DNA of 64,000 nt from Acutalibacteraceae bacterium (GCA_045649005.1 JAZRPC010000078.1:7393-71392); one strand, 5' to 3'. Positions 19,724 to 28,446 are shown, numbered from the stretch's first letter. Program-made: numbers and translations. Notes: generated from the sequence alone by a model not told the origin.

Positions 19724-21445
19724 TTATTCTATTTCTATTGAATTGAGTATTTTGCAGGCAAGCTCTTTGCTGTCACCCTCGTATTCGTCACGAATATTGA
19801 TAGTAATTGAATAATCCATATAAACGTTTGAGCTCTTGCAGCAGTTTAAGGTGTAAATTGTTCCGCCGGGTGCTGCTGTTACGCTGAGAATGCCGTCAAC
19901 TTTTTCTGATTGATAAATATAATGTGTTGTGTTATCGCCGGTATAATAAACGGTCATTAAATAGATTGATATAAATGCGGCAGCTTCGTATTTGTCGCTT
20001 GTGTCAAATTCAGAAATCTTTGCAGAGAGCTTTTGCCAATCTAACTCAGTCCGGGGATAATAGCCCAGCTTTTCTTCTACAATATCACGCATCTGCTTGA
20101 GAGCTTTTTTGCTTGTTGCATCATATTCCTTATAATCGAAAGCGTCAAGTAAAAGATCATCTGTGCCACAGTAATCATAAATAACATTGCAATAAAGCAT
20201 CACAGAATCATCCTTGTTTGAATAAATCGTTGTGTCTTTCTTAATGCTTAAATCTGCAGGGATGTCACATGTTAGATTTTCTTCTGTTATTGTATAAACC
20301 TTTTCCGCATCGCTGAAAGCAACAGAGTAATTATCAAATTCTTTCAGCTCGTTGATATAGTAACCGTTGCTTTTTATGCTTTCAACTAAATCCTGAATAA
20401 TCTTTGATGAATATATGTTAAATGCAGAAAATGATATTGTAACTGCTAAAATAACAGCCACAACTCCGATAACGGAATTTTTCGCATTTACAGGTTCTTT
20501 GTTGGGGAGGGGTCTATAGTATTTTTCAAGGTACAGAGAGCATCTGTATATAAGCATGCTTTCAAATACAAATACAAAAGCAAAGCATGTGAAAAGAAAC
20601 ATCAGATTACCAAGGTGAAAAATGCGATAAGTAAAATCTGATACGGTTTCTTCGGCATCAATGATTGAAATCATGTTTTTGTAAAACAAAATATCGTACG
20701 TAAGAAGCGGGGCTGCAACTAAAAAACCGCAAAACAGCTCTTTAAACAGGTGCTTTTGGGGCTTGTATTTAAAAATGCAATCGCTGAAAACAAACAGCAA
20801 GCTTGCAAGAAACGCAACGCACCAAAGAACAAGCAAGAGTATCGTTGAATATCCCGCATAAATCATTGACGCATTGTGGCAAAGAATACCTGCCATAATT
20901 CCAACATAACCCTTCAAATAGGTCGATTTGCTGTGAATAAGGGCTTTTGTGGGAATGCTTTTGATTTTAAAAAGTGACCATAGAATTAAGACGCAGGGTA
21001 TTATAAAGGCTGTATAAAATATTGTAACGTTTGTTAAAGGCTTTTCTGTGATATTCAGAAATAAAAACCAAGCAGTCAAAGCGATAACGGCAAAACCCGC
21101 AACAAAAGTGATAAAAGCAAGGGCTTTGCAAGTAGTTATATCTGCCATGAAACGCTTGCGGTAGTATGCATAAAGTGTTTCGTAATTTGCTTGTTTGATG
21201 AAGCGTGAGCGATAAATGTTGCCGTTATCAGAAGCGATGTTGTATTTTAACATTTTTAAATTATCGGTTTCTGTTGTTGCACCGCACAAGGCTTCAAGAT
21301 ATGCAATTTGCTTGCGTGACGGCTCCTTCTGACCACACAAAAACAAATCAACGTTTTTTTCTTTCGTTTTCAAAAGTCCCGCAATATCAGCTTTTGAAAA
21401 CTTTCTTTCATCAATAAGATATTGAATTAAATTGCCGCAGTTCAT
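19724..21445 (-). CDS. hypothetical protein: N-terminal XRE-like HTH, polytopic membrane region, C-terminal extracytoplasmic domain
   Basis: 573 aa. The N-terminus (NLIQYLIDERKFSKADIAGLLKTKEKNVDLFLCGQKEPSRKQIAYLEALCG) resembles HTH_3. About 7 TM helices follow, then a ~230-aa soluble C-terminus. Confidence 0.5.
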   Translation of the reverse strand: MNCGNLIQYLIDERKFSKADIAGLLKTKEKNVDLFLCGQKEPSRKQIAYLEALCGATTETDNLKMLKYNIASDNGNIYRSRFIKQANYETLYAYYRKRFMADITTCKALAFITFVAGFAVIALTAWFLFLNITEKPLTNVTIFYTAFIIPCVLILWSLFKIKSIPTKALIHSKSTYLKGYVGIMAGILCHNASMIYAGYSTILLLVLWCVAFLASLLFVFSDCIFKYKPQKHLFKELFCGFLVAAPLLTYDILFYKNMISIIDAEETVSDFTYRIFHLGNLMFLFTCFAFVFVFESMLIYRCSLYLEKYYRPLPNKEPVNAKNSVIGVVAVILAVTISFSAFNIYSSKIIQDLVESIKSNGYYINELKEFDNYSVAFSDAEKVYTITEENLTCDIPADLSIKKDTTIYSNKDDSVMLYCNVIYDYCGTDDLLLDAFDYKEYDATSKKALKQMRDIVEEKLGYYPRTELDWQKLSAKISEFDTSDKYEAAAFISIYLMTVYYTGDNTTHYIYQSEKVDGILSVTAAPGGTIYTLNCCKSSNVYMDYSITINIRDEYEGDSKELACKILNSIEIE

Positions 21446-21545
21446 TTTTGTACCTCCTCGTATTTATTAACTACATTTTATACTCAATACAATTTTTTGT
21501 CAATTAAAAAGCGTTTGCACCGTTTGGTGCAAACGCTCAATTTGT

Positions 21546-22475
21546 TTATTCGTCAAAAAGGGGGGTTGAGAAGTATCTTTCAGCGGTGTCTGGAAGAACG
21601 GCGATAACGGTTTTGCCTTTGCCAAGCTTTTTTGCAAGCTTCTTTGCCGCCGCAACGTTGGTGCCGCTTGAAATACCGCAAAGAATACCTTCCTTTGAAG
21701 CAAGCTCCTTTGCGGTGTTGAGTGCTTCTTCGTCTGTAACGATGCAGATGTCGTTATAAATTTCGGTGTTGAGAATGGGGGGGATAAGACCGTCGCCAAT
21801 GCCCATCTGTATATGCGTGCCGATAAGACCGCCGGAAAGAATAGCGGCATCCTCGGGCTCAACTGCCCAGATTTCCATATCGGGGTTAGCCTCTTTAAGA
21901 ACCTCGCCAATGCCGGTGAGCGTGCCACCCGTGCCGATACCCGCACAGAAGCCGTCAATGGGCTTGCCGACCTGCTCGAGAATTTCCGCAGCGGTTTTTT
22001 TGCGTTGAATTTCGGGGTTTGCGGGATTTTCGAACTGTTGGGGAACAAAAACGTTTTCATCCTCACGCTGCATTTTCAATGCAAGCTCAAGACATTCGTC
22101 AATGCATTTGCCGATGTTACCCGCATCGTGAACAAGAATAACCTCAGCGCCGTAGTGCTTGACGAGCTTTCTTCTTTCTTCGCTGACGGAGTCGGGCATG
22201 ATGATTATTGTTTTGTAGCCCTTAACAGCACCGACAAGAGCAAGACCGATTCCCTGGTTGCCGCTTGTGGGCTCAACGATTATTGTATCTTTATTGATTT
22301 TTCCCTCTTCTTCAGCCTTGAGAATCATGTTGTATGCCGTCCTTGTTTTAATTGAACCGCCAACGTTCAGACCCTCAAATTTAACAAGGATTTCTGCGCT
22401 GTCTTCATCAACAATTTTGTTAAGACGTATAACAGGCGTGTTTCCCATTGCCTCTAAAATATTGTTGCAAATCAT
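21546..22475 (-). CDS. cysK: cysteine synthase A (O-acetylserine sulfhydrylase)
   Basis: The PLP-lysine region LNVGGSIKTRTA, TSGNQGIGLA and the GTGGTLTG loop are present. The likely start is MICNNILEAMGNTPV at 22475, although the track ORF extends to 22508. Confidence 0.9.
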   Translation of the reverse strand: MICNNILEAMGNTPVIRLNKIVDEDSAEILVKFEGLNVGGSIKTRTAYNMILKAEEEGKINKDTIIVEPTSGNQGIGLALVGAVKGYKTIIIMPDSVSEERRKLVKHYGAEVILVHDAGNIGKCIDECLELALKMQREDENVFVPQQFENPANPEIQRKKTAAEILEQVGKPIDGFCAGIGTGGTLTGIGEVLKEANPDMEIWAVEPEDAAILSGGLIGTHIQMGIGDGLIPPILNTEIYNDICIVTDEEALNTAKELASKEGILCGISSGTNVAAAKKLAKKLGKGKTVIAVLPDTAERYFSTPLFDE

Positions 22476-22668
22476 TAATTGCACCTCAAAAAAAATATAT
22501 ATTACCATATTATGTATTTCATAAACACAGTTTACAAGTTTAGCATATTATCTGTTTTATTTCAAGATTTTTATTAATATTTTTAATTGTCAGGGTGACA
22601 GTGTCAGCGATAAATCCGCTCAATGTAAATCATATAAATTTCAGAAGTATTATCTTGCGGATAAACTA

Positions 22669-22697
22669 TTGATAAAAGTTTAATGTTGTGGTAATAT
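22669..22697 (+). promoter_or_regulatory. sigma-A type promoter for a structured leader
   Basis: TTGATA (22669-22674), 17-nt spacer, TAATAT (22692-22697). Confidence 0.5.
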
Positions 22698-22701
22698 ATG
22701 C

Positions 22702-22860
22702 TTGCGAGATGAATTTAATATTTTTCAGGAAATACTACGAGTATGTGTTTGTTAAAAACACGTGCTTCTTTCTCGTGGTTTTCCTGACTACAAGATTCGT
22801 CTCGCAAACGGAAGTTACGTGTTTTATTGCGTAGCTTCTGCTACGCATTTTTTGTTTTTT
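22702..22860 (+). ncRNA. unclassified structured 5' leader / attenuator (long irregular hairpin plus intrinsic terminator)
   Basis: P1: 22702-22714 pairs with 22795-22807 (13 bp). P2: 22726-22741 pairs with 22772-22786 (15 bp, one bulge). Apical hairpin: 22745-22761. Terminator: gcgtagc/gctacgc at 22829-22846 plus a U-run ending 3 nt before the GGAGGG RBS. An alternative 9-bp pairing exists between 22755-22763 and 22817-22825. Confidence 0.5.
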
Positions 22861-22873
22861 GTGGAGGGTTATT

Positions 22874-23272
22874 ATGATTGACATTATGCTTATGAGGGAG
22901 CTGCATTGTTATAGAAAAATGTATCACGTATTGTTTAAAACAATCAATGGCTGTGTAGATGTTTGCAAGGACCTTGTTGTGCGAGAAAAGCTGATAAAGG
23001 CTATGCAGGATGCAGAGGATATTTACACCGGCGAAGAGTATGAGGGCAAGGTGTTGACCGCAGACGAACGCATAATAGTGGAGCTGCTTTCTTTTATTAT
23101 GGATACCGAAATTTCACGTGTAAAAGAAGCGGATATGAAAATAGTAGATGATTGTGTTCAATGGTCTTTAACAATACAAGACAAGAAGATTGAATACTCG
23201 GAAGAAGAAGCTCGGGCGAAAATCAACAGAATATTAGAAATGGCAGGCATGAAAAAGGATTCAGAACAATAA
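22874..23272 (+). CDS. hypothetical protein (132 aa)
   Basis: ATG at 22874 lies 6 nt after GGAGGG. I recognise no motifs. Confidence 0.55.
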   Translation: MIDIMLMRELHCYRKMYHVLFKTINGCVDVCKDLVVREKLIKAMQDAEDIYTGEEYEGKVLTADERIIVELLSFIMDTEISRVKEADMKIVDDCVQWSLTIQDKKIEYSEEEARAKINRILEMAGMKKDSEQ

Positions 23273-23292
23273 TTGTTCTGAATCCTTTTTTC
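23253..23292. terminator. bidirectional terminator between convergent genes
   Basis: Long palindrome aggattcagaacaat / attgttctgaatcct flanked by an A-run and a T-run. Confidence 0.7.
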
Positions 23293-23293
23293 T

Positions 23294-24121
23294 TTATTCA
23301 ATATTGAGTAAATTGGCTAAATTGTCATACAGAATTGATTTTAATTGAATATCTGACAGACCTAAATCAAATAAAAACTCCAATTCATCCTCTTGCTTCC
23401 ACATCGGAAAATCTGTTCCGAAAATCACTCTGTCTGTGCCGTAAAGGTTGATTATTTCTTTTGCTTTTTCTTTTGAAAGGGCATAGAAGCTGGAGCAGGT
23501 GTCAACGTAGAAATTTTTGTATTTGCACAAAATCTGCGGAGCAGAATCCCACACAGACCATCCGCCGAAATGGGCACCGATTATTGTCAAATCGGGGAAC
23601 ATTTTGAGAATTTTCTCAACTCTGTCGGGGTTGGAGTTATCAAATCTTGAATCACCCGTGTGCAAAAGCACAGGCAGGTGATGCTTGTTGCAGATTTCAA
23701 AAATTCTGATTACCTTGGGGTCGTCAACCTTGAAGCTCTGAATATCCGGATGAAGCTTGACACCCTTTAATCCAAGGTCGATAAGGTGCGTTACATCATC
23801 TTCAAGACTTTCACTTTCGGGGTGAAGTGAACCAAAGCCAATGAATCTTTCGGGGAATTGCCTGACCTCTTCTGCTATAAAGGTGTTTATGCTTTGTGCG
23901 TGGTGGGGAGTTGTTGCAACCGAGGTTACAAGACATTTTTCGACTCCAACCGAATCGCATTGGTTTATGAGTGCTTTTGCCGTGCCCACAAAACCGCAAC
24001 CGTTAATAACCCCGGATTCGCTTATCTGATAAAACGTGTCAATGCTGTCTGTTGCCTTTCGGGCGATTTTGTCGGGGAAAATGTGACAATGGGAATCTAT
24101 TACTTTGAAATTTTTATACAT
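23294..24121 (-). CDS. amidohydrolase-family metal-dependent TIM-barrel hydrolase
   Basis: 275 aa with the N-terminal metal motif IDSHCHIFP, later HTGD and GTDFP. This is the PF04909-like amidohydrolase_2 pattern. Confidence 0.75.
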   Translation of the reverse strand: MYKNFKVIDSHCHIFPDKIARKATDSIDTFYQISESGVINGCGFVGTAKALINQCDSVGVEKCLVTSVATTPHHAQSINTFIAEEVRQFPERFIGFGSLHPESESLEDDVTHLIDLGLKGVKLHPDIQSFKVDDPKVIRIFEICNKHHLPVLLHTGDSRFDNSNPDRVEKILKMFPDLTIIGAHFGGWSVWDSAPQILCKYKNFYVDTCSSFYALSKEKAKEIINLYGTDRVIFGTDFPMWKQEDELEFLFDLGLSDIQLKSILYDNLANLLNIE

Positions 24122-24180
24122 AGCTGAAACCTTCTTTGAAACACAAAAGTCGGGCAGAGCCCGACTTTTCGTTATGCTTT

Positions 24181-26652
24181 TTAAACGCTGCCTGTTTTTT
24201 GAGAATTGTATCTGTCGATTGATTCCTCTCGCATTTTGTATTTGAGAATTTTACCTGCAGCATTCATCGGGAATTCGTTTACAAACAAGAAATATTTAGG
24301 AACCTTGTGCTTAGCAATAGATGCATATCCGTATTCCTTCATTTCCTTTTCGTCGGCTGTTTCGCCCTTGTGAAGAATAATCCAAGCGCAGCATTCCTCA
24401 CCGTATTGCTCATCGGGAACGCCAACAACCTGAACGTCACGAACCTTGGGGTTGGTAAGGTAGAATTCCTCGATTTCACGTGGGTAGAGGTTTTCACCGC
24501 CACGGATAATCATATCCTTGAGTCTTCCCGTAACCTTGTAATATCCGTCGGGAGTTCTCATACAGATATCGCCGGAATGGAGCCAGCCTTCGCTGTCTAT
24601 TGCCTGTGCAGTTGCTTCGGGCATTTTGTAATAGCCCTTCATAATGTTAAAGCCACGGGCAACAAATTCACCGCTTTGACCGTCGGGGAGCTCTTCACCT
24701 GTTTCAGGGTCGATAATCTTACATTCAACACCGGGGAAGGCGCTGCCCACAGTTTCTACACGGTGGTCAAGGTCTTCGTTAACTTCGCCCATAGTACAGC
24801 CGGGCGAAGCCTCTGTCTGGCCGTAAACCGAAATAATCTCACGCATATTCATTTCAACCGAAGCACGGCGCATGAGGTCTGCGGGGCAGTTTGCACCTGC
24901 CATAATGCCCGTTCTCATATATGAGAAATCGGTTTTCGCAAAGTCAGGGTGGCTGAACATTGCAATAAACATTGTGGGAACACCGTTAAAGCAGGTGATT
25001 CGCTCGTCGTTGACACAAGCAAGTGATGACTTGGGTGAGAAATAGGGAATGGGGTAAAGCGTTCCTCCGTGAGTCATCATAGAGGTCATAGAAAGCACCA
25101 TTCCGAAGCAATGGAACATAGGCACCTGAATCATCATACGGTCAGCGGTTGACAAATCCATTCTGTCGCCGATTGTCTTGCCGTTGTTTATGATGTTGCG
25201 GTGTGTGAGCATAACACCCTTCGGGAAGCCTGTTGTACCTGAGGTGTATTGCATATTACAAACATCGTCAGGCTTTACGAGAGATGAGCGTCTGCGGACC
25301 TCTTCTCTCGGAATAAGGGAAGAGCGTGACAGCATCTGCTCCCAGGTAAGGCAACCGTCCATATCAAAGCCGACGGTTACAACGTTACGAAGGAAGGGGA
25401 GGTTTTTTGAATACAAGGGTGAGCCGGGCTCAAGTGTTTTAAGCTCGGGGCAAAGCTCCTCAATAATCTCCTTGTAGTTAATGTCCTTGCAATACTCAAT
25501 CATAACGAGAGTATGTGTGTCTGACTGTCTGAGCAAGTATTCAATTTCGTGAATCTTATATGCTGTGTTAACGGTAACAAGAACTGCACCGATTTTTGTT
25601 GTTGCCCAGAAGGTGATGAACCATTGCGGAACGTTGGTTGCCCAAATTGCAACGTGGTCACCCGCTTTTACACCAAGTGAAATCAAGGCGGCGGCACATT
25701 CGTCAACGTCACGGCGGAATTGCTCATAGGTTCTTGTGTAATCAAGAGTAGGGTACTTGAACGCATACTGGTCAGGATATTTTTCCGCCATTGTGTCAAG
25801 CACTTCTGAAAAGGTTGTGTCTATAACGTCGTACTTTTTCCATACAAACGTACCCGTTTTATCACGGTTGTAATACGCACGGTCATAAACCTTTTTTTCA
25901 CGCCCTAAAGAGGAAATGTAGTTTGTGAAGTGGGTGAGAACTATATCAGCATCGCTGATTTCTTCATTCCAGGCGGCACAGATAAAGCCCTCGTAATTAA
26001 GTGAAGAAAGAGAATTTAATAATTTTTCAACGTCTAAATCGCCTTCGCCGATTAAAACGGTTTTGCCGTCCTTCATATCTCCAAGGCGCACATATTTAAT
26101 GTATGCACCAAGATTTTTGATAGTGGTTTCAGCAGTTTCGCCCGCACCGAAATATGTCCACCTTACGTTCCACGATACACCGATAGCCGCAGAGGCAAAG
26201 TGATTGATAACACCGATTACGTTTTCGGTTTTTGCAAGGTAACCAACGGTTTCAAATAAAATATTGACGTCGCCCGTTTCCGCACGCTTGATTGCCGCTG
26301 ACATCTTTTCGTCGAGCACCTCGAAGGGTGTTTTGACTTCTGTGCGGACAATAACGTTTTCAATGCCCGATGCTGCCGCCATAGTAACGTATTTCTCAAT
26401 AAGCTCGGCAGTAGTTTCCTCGCTTTCAACAGGGGCAGGTATACGAAGTGCCGAAACAGAGAGGTTTCTGTTGACAAGCTTCCTTTTTGCATCGGCGATA
26501 CGGTCACGCCTTAATATGCTGTCGTGATGCGAGCTTCGTTCCTTTATGGCGTCGTAAATTTCAAAGCCTTCAAAACCGTAGTCAAAGGCATAACGACAGG
26601 TGTCAAGAAATGAAGCCCGACTTACGTTCTTGGTTGAAAATACAATTTTCAT
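24181..26652 (-). CDS. fusion protein: xylose-isomerase-like TIM barrel (N) plus AMP-dependent acyl-CoA synthetase/ligase (C)
   Basis: 823 aa. The first ~270 aa look like the sugar-phosphate isomerase/epimerase (AP_endonuc_2) fold. The remainder has adenylate-forming motifs YTSGTTGFPKGV, GQTE, GWLHSGD, DMIIRGGENLYPREIE and AGKILK. The GAGGAGG RBS lies inside the 3' end of the upstream gene. Confidence 0.8.
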   Translation of the reverse strand: MKIVFSTKNVSRASFLDTCRYAFDYGFEGFEIYDAIKERSSHHDSILRRDRIADAKRKLVNRNLSVSALRIPAPVESEETTAELIEKYVTMAAASGIENVIVRTEVKTPFEVLDEKMSAAIKRAETGDVNILFETVGYLAKTENVIGVINHFASAAIGVSWNVRWTYFGAGETAETTIKNLGAYIKYVRLGDMKDGKTVLIGEGDLDVEKLLNSLSSLNYEGFICAAWNEEISDADIVLTHFTNYISSLGREKKVYDRAYYNRDKTGTFVWKKYDVIDTTFSEVLDTMAEKYPDQYAFKYPTLDYTRTYEQFRRDVDECAAALISLGVKAGDHVAIWATNVPQWFITFWATTKIGAVLVTVNTAYKIHEIEYLLRQSDTHTLVMIEYCKDINYKEIIEELCPELKTLEPGSPLYSKNLPFLRNVVTVGFDMDGCLTWEQMLSRSSLIPREEVRRRSSLVKPDDVCNMQYTSGTTGFPKGVMLTHRNIINNGKTIGDRMDLSTADRMMIQVPMFHCFGMVLSMTSMMTHGGTLYPIPYFSPKSSLACVNDERITCFNGVPTMFIAMFSHPDFAKTDFSYMRTGIMAGANCPADLMRRASVEMNMREIISVYGQTEASPGCTMGEVNEDLDHRVETVGSAFPGVECKIIDPETGEELPDGQSGEFVARGFNIMKGYYKMPEATAQAIDSEGWLHSGDICMRTPDGYYKVTGRLKDMIIRGGENLYPREIEEFYLTNPKVRDVQVVGVPDEQYGEECCAWIILHKGETADEKEMKEYGYASIAKHKVPKYFLFVNEFPMNAAGKILKYKMREESIDRYNSQKTGSV

Positions 26653-26653
26653 T

Positions 26654-28042
26654 TTATGCCTCCTCGAATACGATTTTGTTCAATGCATTGATATATGCTC
26701 TGATGCTTGCGGCAACAATGTCGGTAGAGGTGCCGTTACCTGAATAAAGCTTGCCGTTGTTGCGAAGCCTTACAAGTGCAGAGCCGAGTGCTTCTTTTCC
26801 CTTAGTTACGGATTGCACCTGGAAATCATCAAGCTCGTAGTGGTGACCTATGCACTGCTCAATTGCACGGAAAACGGAGTCGATAGGACCGTCACCGTTA
26901 CTTACACCGCAAATGATTTCGTCGTTGCATTTCAAGGTAACCTGAGACATAGAGGCTGACATGTTACTGCTGGTTGTTGTATATGTTTCAAAGTGGTAGG
27001 TGGAGGGAGCCTGCATGGCTGAGCTTGCAATAATTGCCTCAAATTCCTTGTAGCCGACGGCACCCTTTCTTTCGCAAACCTGCTTAATAACCTTGTGAAC
27101 ATTGCCGATGTCAGAATCTGAAAGCTCGTAGCCTAACACAGCGGCTGCCTGGGCAATCTGCGCAATTGTGGAATCAGAGTCAATAAGAATCTTTTTACCT
27201 TCGCTTATTGAATTGTTGTTTTCATATTCATCGTGGTTAATGCTTGATAACATATCGTCAATGCTTGCGTGGATTTTTGTGTTATTAAGTTTAAATTCGG
27301 CATTAACCTGCTTGCCGCAAGCATTTATTGCGTCGGAAATCTCACCTGTGAGAAGTGTGTTTTTGCCCGCCATTGCACATTTAATGCCGTCAGCACCGCT
27401 TTTGATTGCAGAAAAAGCACATGCAACTGCCATATTGATGCGGTCAGATACCTGCACGTAAACAGGGATGCTTACGGCTTCCTTTACGCTTGAAACCAAT
27501 TCAGCAATATCATCGGGGGTTGAAGCGCCTGCATCATCGCAGATTGTTACCATGCCGGCACCGCACTGCTCAGCCTCTTTAACTGCGGCAATAAGGAAGT
27601 CTTTATCTGCTCTTGTTGCATCAAGTGCAGAAAACTCAACGTCAGAGCAAAGAGCTTTTGCTTCTTTGATGAGCTCTTTGATTCTGTCGAGCATTTTTGC
27701 TTGCTTTACGTGGTATGTGTATTCCATCTGAATGGTGGATACGGGAAGCTCAACCTGAAGGCGGGGCTTCTGAGCATCCTTGATGCAATCCCAAGCGCAC
27801 GAAACGTCTTCGGTTGTGAACCCTACGGGGATTGCGAAAACAGCATTCTGCACGTTCTGGGCGATTGTTTTATAAATAATTTTATCTTCACGAGGGGATT
27901 TTATTGCAGGGATTTCAATAACGTCAACACCGATTTTGTCGGCACAGGCTGCGATTGCTGACTTTTCACGGAATAGCAAGGATACAGCTCTGTCCTCTGA
28001 AATCTTTTTAAGTGTGATGTCTGAAATAATAATTTTTTTCAT
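26654..28042 (-). CDS. 2-isopropylmalate synthase-like protein lacking the catalytic metal ligands but retaining the LeuA C-terminal regulatory domain
   Basis: This is an HMGL/LeuA-like TIM barrel, but DTTLRDGEQ is replaced by DITLKKISE and HCHNDLGLAV by QVSDRINMAV. The C-terminus (GDGPIDSVFRAIEQ...DIVAASIRAYINALNKI) matches the LeuA dimerisation/allosteric domain. The likely start is the second ATG (28042), with proper RBS spacing; the ORF track extends to 28051. Confidence 0.7.
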   Translation of the reverse strand: MKKIIISDITLKKISEDRAVSLLFREKSAIAACADKIGVDVIEIPAIKSPREDKIIYKTIAQNVQNAVFAIPVGFTTEDVSCAWDCIKDAQKPRLQVELPVSTIQMEYTYHVKQAKMLDRIKELIKEAKALCSDVEFSALDATRADKDFLIAAVKEAEQCGAGMVTICDDAGASTPDDIAELVSSVKEAVSIPVYVQVSDRINMAVACAFSAIKSGADGIKCAMAGKNTLLTGEISDAINACGKQVNAEFKLNNTKIHASIDDMLSSINHDEYENNNSISEGKKILIDSDSTIAQIAQAAAVLGYELSDSDIGNVHKVIKQVCERKGAVGYKEFEAIIASSAMQAPSTYHFETYTTTSSNMSASMSQVTLKCNDEIICGVSNGDGPIDSVFRAIEQCIGHHYELDDFQVQSVTKGKEALGSALVRLRNNGKLYSGNGTSTDIVAASIRAYINALNKIVFEEA

Positions 28043-28082
28043 TTTGCTCATCCTTTCAGCAGATAAAATATAATGTAATATA

Positions 28083-28371
28083 AATAGCCAATAAAAAAGC
28101 CCTGAGATTCGAAAATCTCAGGGACGAATTTTTAAAAAATCCGTGGTACCACCCCGGTTACTGACAAAGGTCAGTCACTCATTAGGACTCTTAATTAAGT
28201 CTGTAGCCATGGTAACGGGGCCGCCGTAACTCCTTACACGAGGTGTCGGTTGGGGAGCTCTGCTCCGGAACGAGACCGAATTTTTGCAACGCACCGACTC
28301 ACAGCAACCGTCGGCTCTCTGAAACGTGAAACCAAAAACACGTAATTCCTTCATCGCATTTGAAAAATATT
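28083..28371 (-). promoter_or_regulatory. T-box leader, specifier read as CUC (Leu)
   Basis: Read on the minus strand: K-turn GCGAUGAAGGAA...UUCCGGAGCA and the AGAGAG bulge. The distal loop is GGUUGCUGUGAG. Specifier CUC followed by a purine immediately precedes the lower helix (28272-28274). The T-box sequence is GGGGUGGUACCACGG (28141-28155). The terminator is cccugagauu/aaucucaggg plus U6 (28083-28113). Confidence 0.85.
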
Positions 28372-28377
28372 GAAAGA

Positions 28378-28406
28378 ATGATAACATTCTTTGGTTTCTT
28401 TGTCAA
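28378..28406 (-). promoter_or_regulatory. sigma-A promoter of the Leu T-box operon
   Basis: On the minus strand: TTGACA (28406-28401), 17-nt spacer, TATCAT (28383-28378). Confidence 0.6.
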
Positions 28407-28446
28407 CACTTTTTTATAAAAAATTAAACAAATAGCAAAAAAACTC

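Noticed and set aside
21500-22066. 188-aa minus-strand ORF overlapping the 3' half of cysK.
   Set aside because: It is out of frame with a well-supported cysK. Its basic, Ser/Pro/Arg-rich translation looks like a frame-shadow.
22509-22668. Search for an S-box/SAM riboswitch or Cys T-box upstream of cysK.
   Set aside because: No T-box sequence, specifier stem or S-box four-way junction motifs are visible. Only a short protein-operator-like palindrome was found.
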